A stretch of DNA of 61,898 bases, filler included, from Deltaproteobacteria bacterium (GTDB taxonomy: Bacteria; JACQOV01), in NCBI GenBank assembly GCA_016202395.1. It is 5 parts of 5 records of this genome, joined end to end, with 100 filler letters (N's around TTAATTAATTAA, not from the genome) between each part and the next. Parts side by side here need not be neighbours in the genome. Positions count along the whole stretch, not along the records: positions 1 to 4,515 come from JACQOV010000087.1; positions 4,616 to 27,468 come from JACQOV010000089.1; 3 more parts are not named here. The stretch is one strand, 5' to 3'. Shown in pieces: positions 1 to 9,985 of this stretch; within the stretch, counting starts at the first letter, position 1; every line of letters begins with the position of its first letter. Below the pieces are notes generated by a model. That model did no database searches and was not told where the DNA came from. It was given only the letters and a program-made list of their open reading frames with translations. Made by a program: the position numbers and the translations under genes.

Positions 1-30
1 CGGGCACGCTCCCTTCGCCAAGAGGGGTAC

Positions 31-92
31 CCCAAAAATCTTGCGGCGTTCGCTCAAAAAACATTCCCGTGAACTTTTCCCACTGAATCAGT
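31..92. repeat. End module ('A' type) of a dispersed MITE-like repeat family, cut by the window start
   Basis: CCCAAAAATCTTGCGGCGTTCGCTCAAAAAACATTCCCGTGAAC closely matches the reverse complement of 24583-24624 and the motifs at 4694-4750 and 53092-53142. Confidence 0.7.
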
Positions 93-139
93 CAGAAATT
101 TCTTGTGTGAGCGAGAAGAACTTCTTGGCCATCCTCAAC

Positions 140-168
140 TTGACAGAGGAGGGGGGGGGCGGTAACGT
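140..168 (+). promoter_or_regulatory. Putative sigma-70 promoter with a G9 tract in the spacer
   Basis: TTGACA (140-145), 17 nt spacer, TAACGT (163-168), upstream of ATG 180. Confidence 0.45.
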
Positions 169-179
169 CCCTTGCGAAG

Positions 180-1214
180 ATGTCCTCTATAAATTCCCAA
201 GAATTGAGTGCGGCGCTTCAAGGCGATTCCAAAACACGCGTGGAATCGTTGCAAAAAGCGCTTCGTCGGCTAGGTTTGGAAACGAAGATTCACCCGATCT
301 CAATTTTTCCAAATCTATTCCTTTTATGGATCCTTTGGACCCTACTGGAGTTCATGGCGACCTATTTTCTCTTCCATTTCCAACCCATTCCCAGTGGAAT
401 ATTGGCTCTCTTAGGATATCTTGGCCTCCGTTTTACACTGCAGGGGCAATTCCCTTTAGAGCCCATCCTGCCTCTTCGAACAGGATATAACCTTCAGGCG
501 GTATTGAAAGGGGAGAGGGCGGATAATAAAAAAGAAATGGTCCTTTTTGCCCATCATGATCCTGGCCGCTCCTTTTTGAGTCCATTTCCATCTTTGGCTT
601 TTAAACTTTTTTACTCTTCTCATTGGGTAGTTCTGCTTTGCGCCATTTTGACTTACGCCCTTCCCAGTTGGATCTGGCCTTACGCCGCATTAGCATCCAG
701 TATTTATCTTTTGCTGATTATGATTCTCGTTGGGATTCGTGATTTTAAAAGGTCGTCTTTTGTATCTCAACGCTCGAGCATTTCAGTGGTATTGGATCTA
801 GCGGAATATTTTTCAGCGAATAAACCGCAAGGGATCGATCTCCATCTTTGGTTTACCGATGGAGGCGAATCGGGGGGGAGGGGGATCCGCGAGGTTTTTA
901 AATTTTACGATCTCAAATCCCACGAGTCGGACCTCATCTGGATTCAGATCGAGGATTTTGCAAAAGAACCCACTCTTATTGCGGAACAGGGAATCCCTCG
1001 GCCGGTCCCTTCCTTCGATCTTTCAATGATTCAAGAGATTTTGAAAGAGCCCAACTTGCGGCAGATCCGATCTGAAAAGTATCGTTCTGTCCCTTTGGAA
1101 TCTTATGTGTTGGCCTCTCGGTCGATCCCCACGTTGGTTTTGAGCGGGTTTAACGACACGGCGCTCGCCGCCACTTTTCTCCGGAAATTGACTGAAGTGT
1201 GGGATCAAAATTAA
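180..1214 (+). CDS. Membrane-anchored M28-family peptidase-like protein (degenerate active site)
   Basis: 344 aa; TM segments; 'NLQAVL...VLFAHHD' and 'LWFTDGGESGGRG' resemble the M28 AHxD and FTxxEExG motifs. Confidence 0.55.
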   Translation: MSSINSQELSAALQGDSKTRVESLQKALRRLGLETKIHPISIFPNLFLLWILWTLLEFMATYFLFHFQPIPSGILALLGYLGLRFTLQGQFPLEPILPLRTGYNLQAVLKGERADNKKEMVLFAHHDPGRSFLSPFPSLAFKLFYSSHWVVLLCAILTYALPSWIWPYAALASSIYLLLIMILVGIRDFKRSSFVSQRSSISVVLDLAEYFSANKPQGIDLHLWFTDGGESGGRGIREVFKFYDLKSHESDLIWIQIEDFAKEPTLIAEQGIPRPVPSFDLSMIQEILKEPNLRQIRSEKYRSVPLESYVLASRSIPTLVLSGFNDTALAATFLRKLTEVWDQN

Positions 1215-1287
1215 AGCCACCGAGCGGAATCGGACCGCTGACCTGACGATTACGAATCGTCTGCTCTGCCAACTGAGCTACGGTGGC
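1215..1287 (-). tRNA. tRNA-Thr (anticodon CGT)
   Basis: Reverse complement GCCACCG-TAGCTCAGTTGGCAGAGC-AGACGA-TTCGTAA-TCGTC-AGGTC-AGCGG-TCCGATT-CCGCT-CGGTGGC-T folds as a cloverleaf; CCA not encoded. Confidence 0.93.
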
Positions 1288-1293
1288 GCGACG

Positions 1294-3335
<2,042 letters not shown>

Positions 3336-3421
3336 TCAATCGTAATGAGCGAAAGCTGTACGGTAAACGAATCTCTAAGCGCCCCTGGGAATTTGACTAT
3401 TCAAAAGGATTTTTCGGAAGC

Positions 3422-3479
3422 TTGACAGCAGATTTAGGGGTGTTATAATAGATACACAGAAGTTAATAAATGAATTAAC
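3422..3479 (+). promoter_or_regulatory. Consensus sigma-70 promoter and candidate operator of the AbiE-like operon
   Basis: TTGACA (3422-27), TGnTATAAT (3441-49), palindrome GTTAAT-N6-ATTAAC (3462-79). Confidence 0.7.
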
Positions 3480-3480
3480 C

Positions 3481-4164
3481 ATGCTGAATCTATCCTTAAT
3501 CGAAGAATTATCCCGAAGGCTGAAGATCGCGCCGTTGAATATTATCCGCGAGCATTTAGAAATGGAGACTCTCTACAGTTTGAGTCGGTCAGCGCTTTCA
3601 GAACATATCCTTTTTTATGGAGGGACTGCTTTAAGACTCGCATATCAAAGTTTCCGCTATTCGGAAGATTTAGATTTCCTCTTTATCCATAAAACTCCCT
3701 CTTTAAAGAAGGGGCTCGAGCAGATCATGCAACAGGTCACCTTTGAGAATCCTGGGACGACTCTAGAAGATGTCTTTGAAAAACGCTGGACCTTATTTGG
3801 GCTTTTGCATATTCGGCATGAACTTCTTAAACATCCCATCCGCATGAAGATCGAGATCCATAAAAAAGTAAATGGGATAGACAATGAGAATGTTCTTTTG
3901 ACAAGCCCTGTCTCAACCCGGCAAGTTATTTTAAAGGTCGCCACACCCCAGGCAATCCTCGCCTTAAAAGCTAAGACATTGGAATCCAGAAAGCAGCCGA
4001 GGGATTGGTTTGATTATTGGTATTTATGCCAGAGACTTCGTTTTATTCCTCAAACAACCCTTCAGCTTCCTTTTCCTAAGCGGCTTTTCAAGAATGAACT
4101 CCAGCGATGGCTGCCTAGAGATCAGTGGAAGGCGATTGATTTGGCAGGAGGATTCTATGGTTAA
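3481..4164 (+). CDS. Nucleotidyltransferase AbiEii/AbiGii-family toxin (type IV TA)
   Basis: FYGGTALRL...RYSEDLDF, KIEI, 'LALK..L.SR..PRDWFD' motifs. Confidence 0.9.
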   Translation: MLNLSLIEELSRRLKIAPLNIIREHLEMETLYSLSRSALSEHILFYGGTALRLAYQSFRYSEDLDFLFIHKTPSLKKGLEQIMQQVTFENPGTTLEDVFEKRWTLFGLLHIRHELLKHPIRMKIEIHKKVNGIDNENVLLTSPVSTRQVILKVATPQAILALKAKTLESRKQPRDWFDYWYLCQRLRFIPQTTLQLPFPKRLFKNELQRWLPRDQWKAIDLAGGFYG

Positions 4165-4306
4165 GCGTATGAACATTAACTTTTGGGAATTCAAGAAGGC
4201 CTTAGAAAAAACAGAGAAATCCTATTTTCATATTTCGGATCTTATAAAATTTTATTCTTCTTCCAAAAACTGCCTGTTTCCTCTTTTCCCTTTTCAGGCG
4301 CCTTGA
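4157..4306 (+). pseudogene. Truncated AbiEi-like antitoxin (N-terminal ~35 aa only)
   Basis: Overlaps the toxin stop, has a GGAGG RBS; 'KALEKTEKSYFHISDL' parallels the N-terminus of the intact partner at 51616, then runs into unrelated antisense sequence. Confidence 0.55.
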
Positions 4307-4515
4307 CAGCGGCAGAACTCTTTTTTCCGACAATTGAGGCCCCTTGATATTTCTGCAGCATCGCATTGCTGTCCAACCCGAGAAAATCGGCGTATTGTTT
4401 CAGGAAACTTCTCGCGTAAAGGCCGCTGGGAAGTTTTTCAATTTCGCCCGCTTCGAGATTTTCCAGAATGCGGATATTAATTTTGGTCACCAGTGAAACA
4501 TCCTCTAAGGAAAGC
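4242..4515 (-). CDS. RodZ-like HTH protein, partial (5' end in gap, C-terminal part missing)
   Basis: LSLEDVSLVTKINIRILENLEAG...LP..LYARSFLKQYADFLGLD is the RodZ/HTH_25 signature. Confidence 0.75.
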
Positions 4516-4615
4516 NNNNNNNNNNNNNNNNNNNNNNNNNNNNNNNNNNNNNNNNNNNNTTAATTAATTAANNNNNNNNNNNNNNNNNNNNNNNNNNNNN
4601 NNNNNNNNNNNNNNN
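4516..4615. other. Artificial contig spacer
   Basis: N44-TTAATTAATTAA-N44 (stops in all six frames). Confidence 0.99.
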
Positions 4616-4620
4616 AGCTA

Positions 4621-4775
4621 CCTGTCCCCAGGTGGGTCGTATTTGCTAGAGCGACCCCTGTGGGGACAGTTAGCAAAGCCAAACTGTCCCCATGGGTCAA
4701 AAATCTTGTGAGTGAAGCGAGAAAAAACATTCCCACGAACTTTTCCCACCGACCATTCAAAAATCTTGTGAATGA
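4621..4775. repeat. CTGTCCCC-type hairpin cluster followed by 'B' end module of the MITE-like family
   Basis: CTGTCCCCA / TGGGGACAG / CTGTCCCCA alternating inverted repeats; GGGTCAAAAATCTTGTGAGTGAAGCGAGAAAAAACATTCCC nearly identical to 53092-53132. Confidence 0.7.
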
Positions 4776-4787
4776 ATCTACAGAGGT

Positions 4788-5447
4788 TCAGTGAAGGATT
4801 CGGGAGAGTTTGGATTGGAAGTCGCGACGGTAAAAACGGCGAAGCTCTTGAAGAAGCGCGGGTAGGTCCGCGCAACGCAAAAATTCCTCCTCCAAATAAA
4901 CACAATATCGATAGGCCAGCTTATTGGCAAACTCATAACGTTTCAAAGCTTCCCCATCCAATCCTTCAATCCATTGAGGCTCCGCGAAAAGTTGTTGGAA
5001 AACCTTGGCCGGAAAGCGCCCCTTATTTTGAACGGCAAGGTGGAAAACGGTCGTCAAATATTTATCGACCTCCCCTTGGAGCTCCAAACTGAGTTGTGAA
5101 ACAGGACGCCGCTTCCTCAAGCTCCATAGGAGATAGACAAAATGACTGATTTCTTCGATGACGGTTAGGAAATCTTCGAGATTCTCCCGGTCTAAAACTT
5201 TCAGTGGAGAGATCTGCTCAAACGCCTCGAATCGCTCCGATTTAAAAAAAACTCCAACCTGAGCCTTCCCTTCTTCTTCTAAGAGATAGACCCCTTCTTT
5301 GATATCTTTGGAAAATCTTCGGAGCGTCTCTTCGTTAAGAAGATATCTCGTTATTTGAGGAACCTCCTCAACATCGTAAATCCTTTCGATGGAACGCTGA
5401 AGTTTTTCAAAACCTTGCGCGACCTTTTCTGGAATAAAGAGGCTCAT
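4788..5447 (-). CDS. Conserved hypothetical protein
   Basis: 219 aa with 'IEEISHFVYL...SQLSLELQGEVDKY' (zincin-like residues); coupled to the upstream gene by ATGA. Confidence 0.75.
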   Translation of the reverse strand: MSLFIPEKVAQGFEKLQRSIERIYDVEEVPQITRYLLNEETLRRFSKDIKEGVYLLEEEGKAQVGVFFKSERFEAFEQISPLKVLDRENLEDFLTVIEEISHFVYLLWSLRKRRPVSQLSLELQGEVDKYLTTVFHLAVQNKGRFPAKVFQQLFAEPQWIEGLDGEALKRYEFANKLAYRYCVYLEEEFLRCADLPALLQELRRFYRRDFQSKLSRILH

Positions 5448-6070
5448 TGGATAAAATCCTTATGGAGAGATTCCATCGGAATAACCCCTCGGTCCGAAAG
5501 CATGCGAGCCAGTCGCTCACTCCGAGTGCGAATCCACCGCTCGTAAAGACGGAGCAGCCCCGTATCGGTGGAAATAGAGCTCCGCTCGCTCACCTCGGAT
5601 AATACGTCAACAAAAAGGGAGAAACGATGAGAAAGATCTCCAAAAAGTTCATCCGTTTTCATCGGATGATAATGGGTAAAGATCTGGGAGAGGCACCCAT
5701 AAGCCTTCCCCCCCAATGCCATGTAGTAATCCACGTCAATCAACTTGCGACTGAGACTATCCGGGAAAAAACCGGCGACAAAAAGGGTGAAATCCCCCAT
5801 TTGTTTAAGACTTTTCACTCTCTCCCCAAACTCCGCCGTCAAAGCATGCAACCACCGAAAGGCAAGCGCCTCCTCCTGATCTTTGGGATAGAGATTCTCG
5901 GTGCGGGAATAATCGAGAAGCAGGCTAATGATATACTGTTTCACGACAGGAAGGGTCTGGGCCTTTTGGCTTTGGAGAGCTTGCGTTACTAACCCCCCAA
6001 AGTACTCCCCTAAATCCTTTTCAGTGGTCAATGAGGTTTTGTCTCTCGTCACATCTACCCCCTTTCTCAT
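5444..6070 (-). CDS. Conserved hypothetical protein
   Basis: 208 aa with 'LKQMGDFTLFVAGFF.DSL.RKLIDVDYYMALGG.AY' and 'LLRLYERW.RT.S'; start uncertain. Confidence 0.75.
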   Translation of the reverse strand: MRKGVDVTRDKTSLTTEKDLGEYFGGLVTQALQSQKAQTLPVVKQYIISLLLDYSRTENLYPKDQEEALAFRWLHALTAEFGERVKSLKQMGDFTLFVAGFFPDSLSRKLIDVDYYMALGGKAYGCLSQIFTHYHPMKTDELFGDLSHRFSLFVDVLSEVSERSSISTDTGLLRLYERWIRTRSERLARMLSDRGVIPMESLHKDFIQ

Positions 6071-6358
6071 CGTTTCTGATCGTTTACAGAAAAAGTACAG
6101 AAAAAGAAGGTCCGCTTGAGTGTAGCATCTTTAGAAAAACAGGGTCAACGCGCGCTGCGTCGAAATACGGGGTGAACTGTTACCTTTTGACACATCTACG
6201 AAACTCCTTAAATTCTATCCCTTTTCCGACAATTCTGAACACAGCTATGCAACATTTTCATGTAGGGGGCTTAAACACTGAATGAACAGGAGAGCAGTTT
6301 TATCCATAAAATCATTTATTTTCATATAGTTATACATTAAACGTCCCGAGACGCTTTC

Positions 6359-6375
6359 TTGGCATGACTCTTGCA
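6359..6375 (+). promoter_or_regulatory. Sigma-54 (-24/-12) promoter
   Basis: TTGGCATG-ACTC-TTGCA matches TGGCACG-N4-TTGC with exact GG/GC spacing; AT-rich IHF-like tract at 6300-6340. Confidence 0.8.
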
Positions 6376-6419
6376 GAGATTCCTTCAGTAGAAGAGGTCA
6401 ACGTTCGCTGCTGAAGAAA

Positions 6420-6511
6420 GCTGCACGAACGGGCAAACCCTCCGAAAGGGGGGGACGCAAAGTCACCAGCCCTAAGGCTATGAGGCCGGGTAGTGGGACC
6501 GCCGAAGCAGC
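6420..6511 (+). ncRNA. Cyclic di-GMP-I (GEMM) riboswitch
   Basis: GGGCAAACC-CTCC-GAAA-GGGG-GGGACGCAAAG...CCTAA...GGTAG...GCCGAA; P1 GCTGC/GCAGC; GAAA tetraloop. Confidence 0.9.
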
Positions 6512-6512
6512 C

Positions 6513-8279
6513 ATGAAACTCTCAAAGGTCATTCAAAGCCTTCTCCTAAGCCTCCTCGCCCTCAGTGGAATCGGTTATGCGATGCCCCCCGACCCCACGA
6601 TTTTGAATGAGGCCGACGAATCGATGATGGAAGAAGCAACCACGAATGAAAAACGAGCTGCTCTTTCCACCGTTTCTGTCCCTTTGACCCTCGGGGAGTG
6701 GGAAGCCTTAGCGATCCTGATCGAATTCCCCAATGAGTCGATGATTAAAACCAATAAAGATTTTCAAGAGCTCCTTTTTGGGAGTATCTCCACCGGGAGT
6801 GTGCGGGAGTATTACGAAGAGGCCTCCTACGGAAAGTTTCACCTGACCGGAGAGACGGTAGGAATCTATGGAGCCGGCAATAGCGCTAGTTACTATGCTA
6901 ACGATAAGTACGGTTTTGGCGGGTATCCCAAGAATGCCGCTCGACTCATTGAAGAGGCCGTTGACGCCACAATCGCCTCAGGAGTCGACTGTTCTCGCTA
7001 CGACAATAATGGTGACGGAGAGGTCGATGCCATCTTCATCGTTCATGCGGGGCAAGGAGCGGAACAGAGCGGGAAAAGTTCTCACCTCTGGTCTCATCGA
7101 GGTCGTATCAGCTCCAGTGGCGGCAAGGTCAGAAATTGCGGTGGAGTGCGAGTCGATAGCTACATCATTGGACCTGAGCTTTCCGGATCGAGTAGCATTG
7201 CTACGATCGGAGTGTTGGCCCATGAATTTGGCCATATTCTGGGACTTCCGGATCTCTACGATCTAGACCAAACCTCCCTGGGAGTAGGTCGATGGGATAT
7301 TATGTCTTACGGCGCCTGGAACAATGGCGGGAAAACACCCGCTCATTTCTCTGCTTGGTCGAAGGCCAAACTCGGTTGGTTTGAGCCTACTTTGATTACC
7401 GAGGACCGATTGGGAGAAAGCATCGCTCCTCTTTACGCAGAGCCGGCTGTTTACAAGATTTGGGCCAATGGCGTCCCTTCGGATGAATATTTCTTGATCG
7501 AGAATCGTCAAAAGGTGGGATTCGATACTTACCTGCCGGGCTCTGGTTTAATCGCTCTCCATGTAGATGAAGCTCAATCGAACAACAATAATGAATGTAT
7601 CAGCTTAGGGTGTGATCAACGATTTCTAGTTTCACTGGTTCAAGCGGATGGAAGATACGATCTAGAGCTCAAGAAAAACTACGGGGACGCGAGTGATCCC
7701 TTCACGAATGGAGGCGTTCCATTGGTGGCTTATAACGGCGTCCGAAGTCCTGTGGAAATTGCCAACATTAGCATGGGAACAGAAATGATCGTGGCCGACC
7801 TTCGAATGAGCACAGCCCCTCTGATTCTTTCGGTTCCTCCCAGTGAAGCAGCTCCCAATCAAACTTACGAATATACTCCTACAACCGTTTCTTCAGGTTC
7901 CTCGGTCTCTTGGAATCTTGCCAAGGGTCCTTCAGGGATGTCCGTGAATGAAGCAACGGGAGGGGTTTCTTGGGCCCCGGATGACAGTCAAATGGGGGAT
8001 CATCTGATTCAACTCGAAGGAACGAGCGCCGAAGGGGAATCCACAACCCAAGAATGGCTCTTAACCGTAACGTATGGTGGGATGGCCCCCACCACGAATG
8101 ACGACAGCGCAGGAGGTTGCTCAACTGCAGGGGTTAGTCTGACCGCAGGATCCCACCCTAGCAACAGCGCTCTCCTAAGTTGGATCATGATATTCCTTCC
8201 AGGATTCGCAATCCTCATCCTCCGGCGGCTCCGGTTGCTCCGAGCGTATGTCAAGGCAGCCCTCCGAGTTAAGAGGTAA
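6513..8279 (+). CDS. Secreted M6-family (immune inhibitor A-like) metalloprotease with putative Ig domain and MYXO-CTERM-like tail
   Basis: Signal peptide; SVREYYEEASYG, VHAGQGAE, HEFGHILGLPDLYD, WDIMSYG.W, EYFLIENRQ; C-terminal GGCS + TM + RRLR. Start moved to ATG 6513 after the riboswitch. Confidence 0.92.
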   Translation: MKLSKVIQSLLLSLLALSGIGYAMPPDPTILNEADESMMEEATTNEKRAALSTVSVPLTLGEWEALAILIEFPNESMIKTNKDFQELLFGSISTGSVREYYEEASYGKFHLTGETVGIYGAGNSASYYANDKYGFGGYPKNAARLIEEAVDATIASGVDCSRYDNNGDGEVDAIFIVHAGQGAEQSGKSSHLWSHRGRISSSGGKVRNCGGVRVDSYIIGPELSGSSSIATIGVLAHEFGHILGLPDLYDLDQTSLGVGRWDIMSYGAWNNGGKTPAHFSAWSKAKLGWFEPTLITEDRLGESIAPLYAEPAVYKIWANGVPSDEYFLIENRQKVGFDTYLPGSGLIALHVDEAQSNNNNECISLGCDQRFLVSLVQADGRYDLELKKNYGDASDPFTNGGVPLVAYNGVRSPVEIANISMGTEMIVADLRMSTAPLILSVPPSEAAPNQTYEYTPTTVSSGSSVSWNLAKGPSGMSVNEATGGVSWAPDDSQMGDHLIQLEGTSAEGESTTQEWLLTVTYGGMAPTTNDDSAGGCSTAGVSLTAGSHPSNSALLSWIMIFLPGFAILILRRLRLLRAYVKAALRVKR

Positions 8280-8281
8280 TC

Positions 8282-9985
8282 CTACAAAAGATCCCCATTT
8301 GGGAAACCCGGAGTGGCTCGCTGACGAACAAAATCTGCTGCCTCACTATCGGTATCCACCCCATCGATCCTCCGCGCAATCGCTTCATCTTCAACGCTAG
8401 AGGCATCCCCATCCTGAGGGAGTCCCCCCTCGACTCCAACCCGAACCGTATCCACCAATTCCCCAAGATTGTTTCTCAATTCAATCGTAATCTTATTCAG
8501 ATTGTCCCCGGTAGGATTCCCAATAACGAGATAGCTCTGAGATTCAAAGTGAGCGATCGACGAGCCTACGCCACTAAACCGCTCCGTTCCACTCCCTTCG
8601 CCCAAGATATCCACTTCATCCGTTCCATCCAGCATATGAATCGACCAACCGGTGAGATCCACAGGCTCTAGACTTGCGTTGAAAAGCTCAATCCATTCGT
8701 CCGACCCTGTGATGGAACCGGTGCCAGGGGTGTTGTTGAAACTCACACCATCCCCTCCGGAGCTATCACCCCAATCTTGTTGGGGATCGACCACCATTTC
8801 ATTGATGACAACATAGCCCGCAAGCTCCGGCTGCGGCTCCAATTCAGGCTCTGACTCTGGCTCGGGCTCTGGCTCAGAATCGGGGTTCCCTTCACCACAC
8901 GGCTCGGCACAGGCATCCTCTTCACTGTCTATTTCCTGCTCATCGCTTGTTTCCTCCCCATCTGGAGAGGATTCCTCGATATCGGACGCTTCGGGCTCCG
9001 CCTCACCCTCCTCAACGCCTGGATCCTCGCCGGCCTCCCCTGTTTCATCTGTTTCTTTCTCCTGGCCACATAACTCTACACAAGAACCCGCTGGATGGAC
9101 CGTCGTAAAGTGAAATCCCAGCTCCCCTGTGGGAGGAGCTCCCCCCTCCGTCATCGATTGGCCATACCGATCTACAATCCCTGAAGGGATCCCTATCGTG
9201 TATTCCATCCCCATCGCAAGGGGCTGCAAAGGGACCAGCGTCAGAAGGCTTGAGGAACGGGAGAGCCGCGAGCTAAACCGGATGGGCCCGCTAGAATCCA
9301 TCCACTCGATAGCCTGTAACCCTTCAGAATTTGGATCCAGAGACTTCGAAAACTGGACAGAGACGACCGCGCTTGTCTCAACTCCGATGGAGCCTTCCGG
9401 AGGGGTCACCGACACAATCTCGATAGGATCGGATGCGAATGTCGATCCGGTTGTAAATTGAAAAACGAGATCCTCGTCCCCCATCCGATTTCCGCTCAAA
9501 TCTCTAATCTCCGAATCTATCTCTATGGTATAGATCGTCTCAGGTTCCCACTGAAAGTAAGGTTGGAAACGAATCTCTGTAAAATCTTCGCCCGAGGTCC
9601 AACTCCCTTCAACCGATTCATCTGCCACCCACACATGAATCGTCGGATAAGAGAGGGATAGAGGATCCATCGGCTCTGAAAAAGCGATTTCAAGAGGGGC
9701 ATCCAGAACGACCCGTTCCGCTTCATCCGTTGGAGAGATAGAAACCACCAGAGGCGCCTGGTTATCGACGGTAGGACTTGGAGATTTTTCAAAATAGTCG
9801 AGCTGGGGCTCGCAACCTAAAATTCCAACTAGTACAAACGCAATAAATGCTGTTATACTTCGTTGCCCTCCTCGGCCACTCGTTGCGGCGTACGCTACAA
9901 AGTACGCCTCACTCGGGCCTCGGAGGGCGCCTCGTCTAACAGACATTTCTTGCGTTTGTAGAGATGTCACTTCCACAGACTTCAC
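8282..9985 (-). CDS. Lipoprotein with two bacterial Ig-like (Big_5) domains, acidic linker and lamin-tail-like domain
   Basis: Lipobox ILGC; 'P.VVSISP...IAFSEPMDP.S' twice; VVINEM...DEWIELFN...VDLTGW...ATPGFPN; GTG start overlapping upstream TGA. Confidence 0.8.
   Translation of the reverse strand: MKSVEVTSLQTQEMSVRRGALRGPSEAYFVAYAATSGRGGQRSITAFIAFVLVGILGCEPQLDYFEKSPSPTVDNQAPLVVSISPTDEAERVVLDAPLEIAFSEPMDPLSLSYPTIHVWVADESVEGSWTSGEDFTEIRFQPYFQWEPETIYTIEIDSEIRDLSGNRMGDEDLVFQFTTGSTFASDPIEIVSVTPPEGSIGVETSAVVSVQFSKSLDPNSEGLQAIEWMDSSGPIRFSSRLSRSSSLLTLVPLQPLAMGMEYTIGIPSGIVDRYGQSMTEGGAPPTGELGFHFTTVHPAGSCVELCGQEKETDETGEAGEDPGVEEGEAEPEASDIEESSPDGEETSDEQEIDSEEDACAEPCGEGNPDSEPEPEPESEPELEPQPELAGYVVINEMVVDPQQDWGDSSGGDGVSFNNTPGTGSITGSDEWIELFNASLEPVDLTGWSIHMLDGTDEVDILGEGSGTERFSGVGSSIAHFESQSYLVIGNPTGDNLNKITIELRNNLGELVDTVRVGVEGGLPQDGDASSVEDEAIARRIDGVDTDSEAADFVRQRATPGFPNGDLL
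9829..9972. mobile_element. 144-bp palindromic MITE-like repeat inside the lipoprotein 5' coding region
   Basis: Reverse complement differs from 39132-39274 by 4 substitutions and 1 indel; sub-terminal IR TACAAACGCAA(T/G)AAATG; central GCGTAC..GTACGC hairpin; CTAG end. Confidence 0.9.

Noticed and set aside
41-490. Numerous overlapping or antisense ORFs in the track (e.g. 41-490, 30461-31240, 34284-34877, 36050-36928, 37744-38184, 60969-61574)
   Set aside because: They shadow well-supported genes or read through repeats and have no recognisable motifs.
4516-4615. TTAATTAATTAA palindrome in N runs, four identical copies (also 27469, 31260, 52885)
   Set aside because: Artificial contig linker; adjacency across it is not biological, and ORFs ending in X...LIN are artefacts.
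8821-9060. GGCTC-rich periodic sequence
   Set aside because: Explained by the low-complexity Glu/Pro linker of the lipoprotein.
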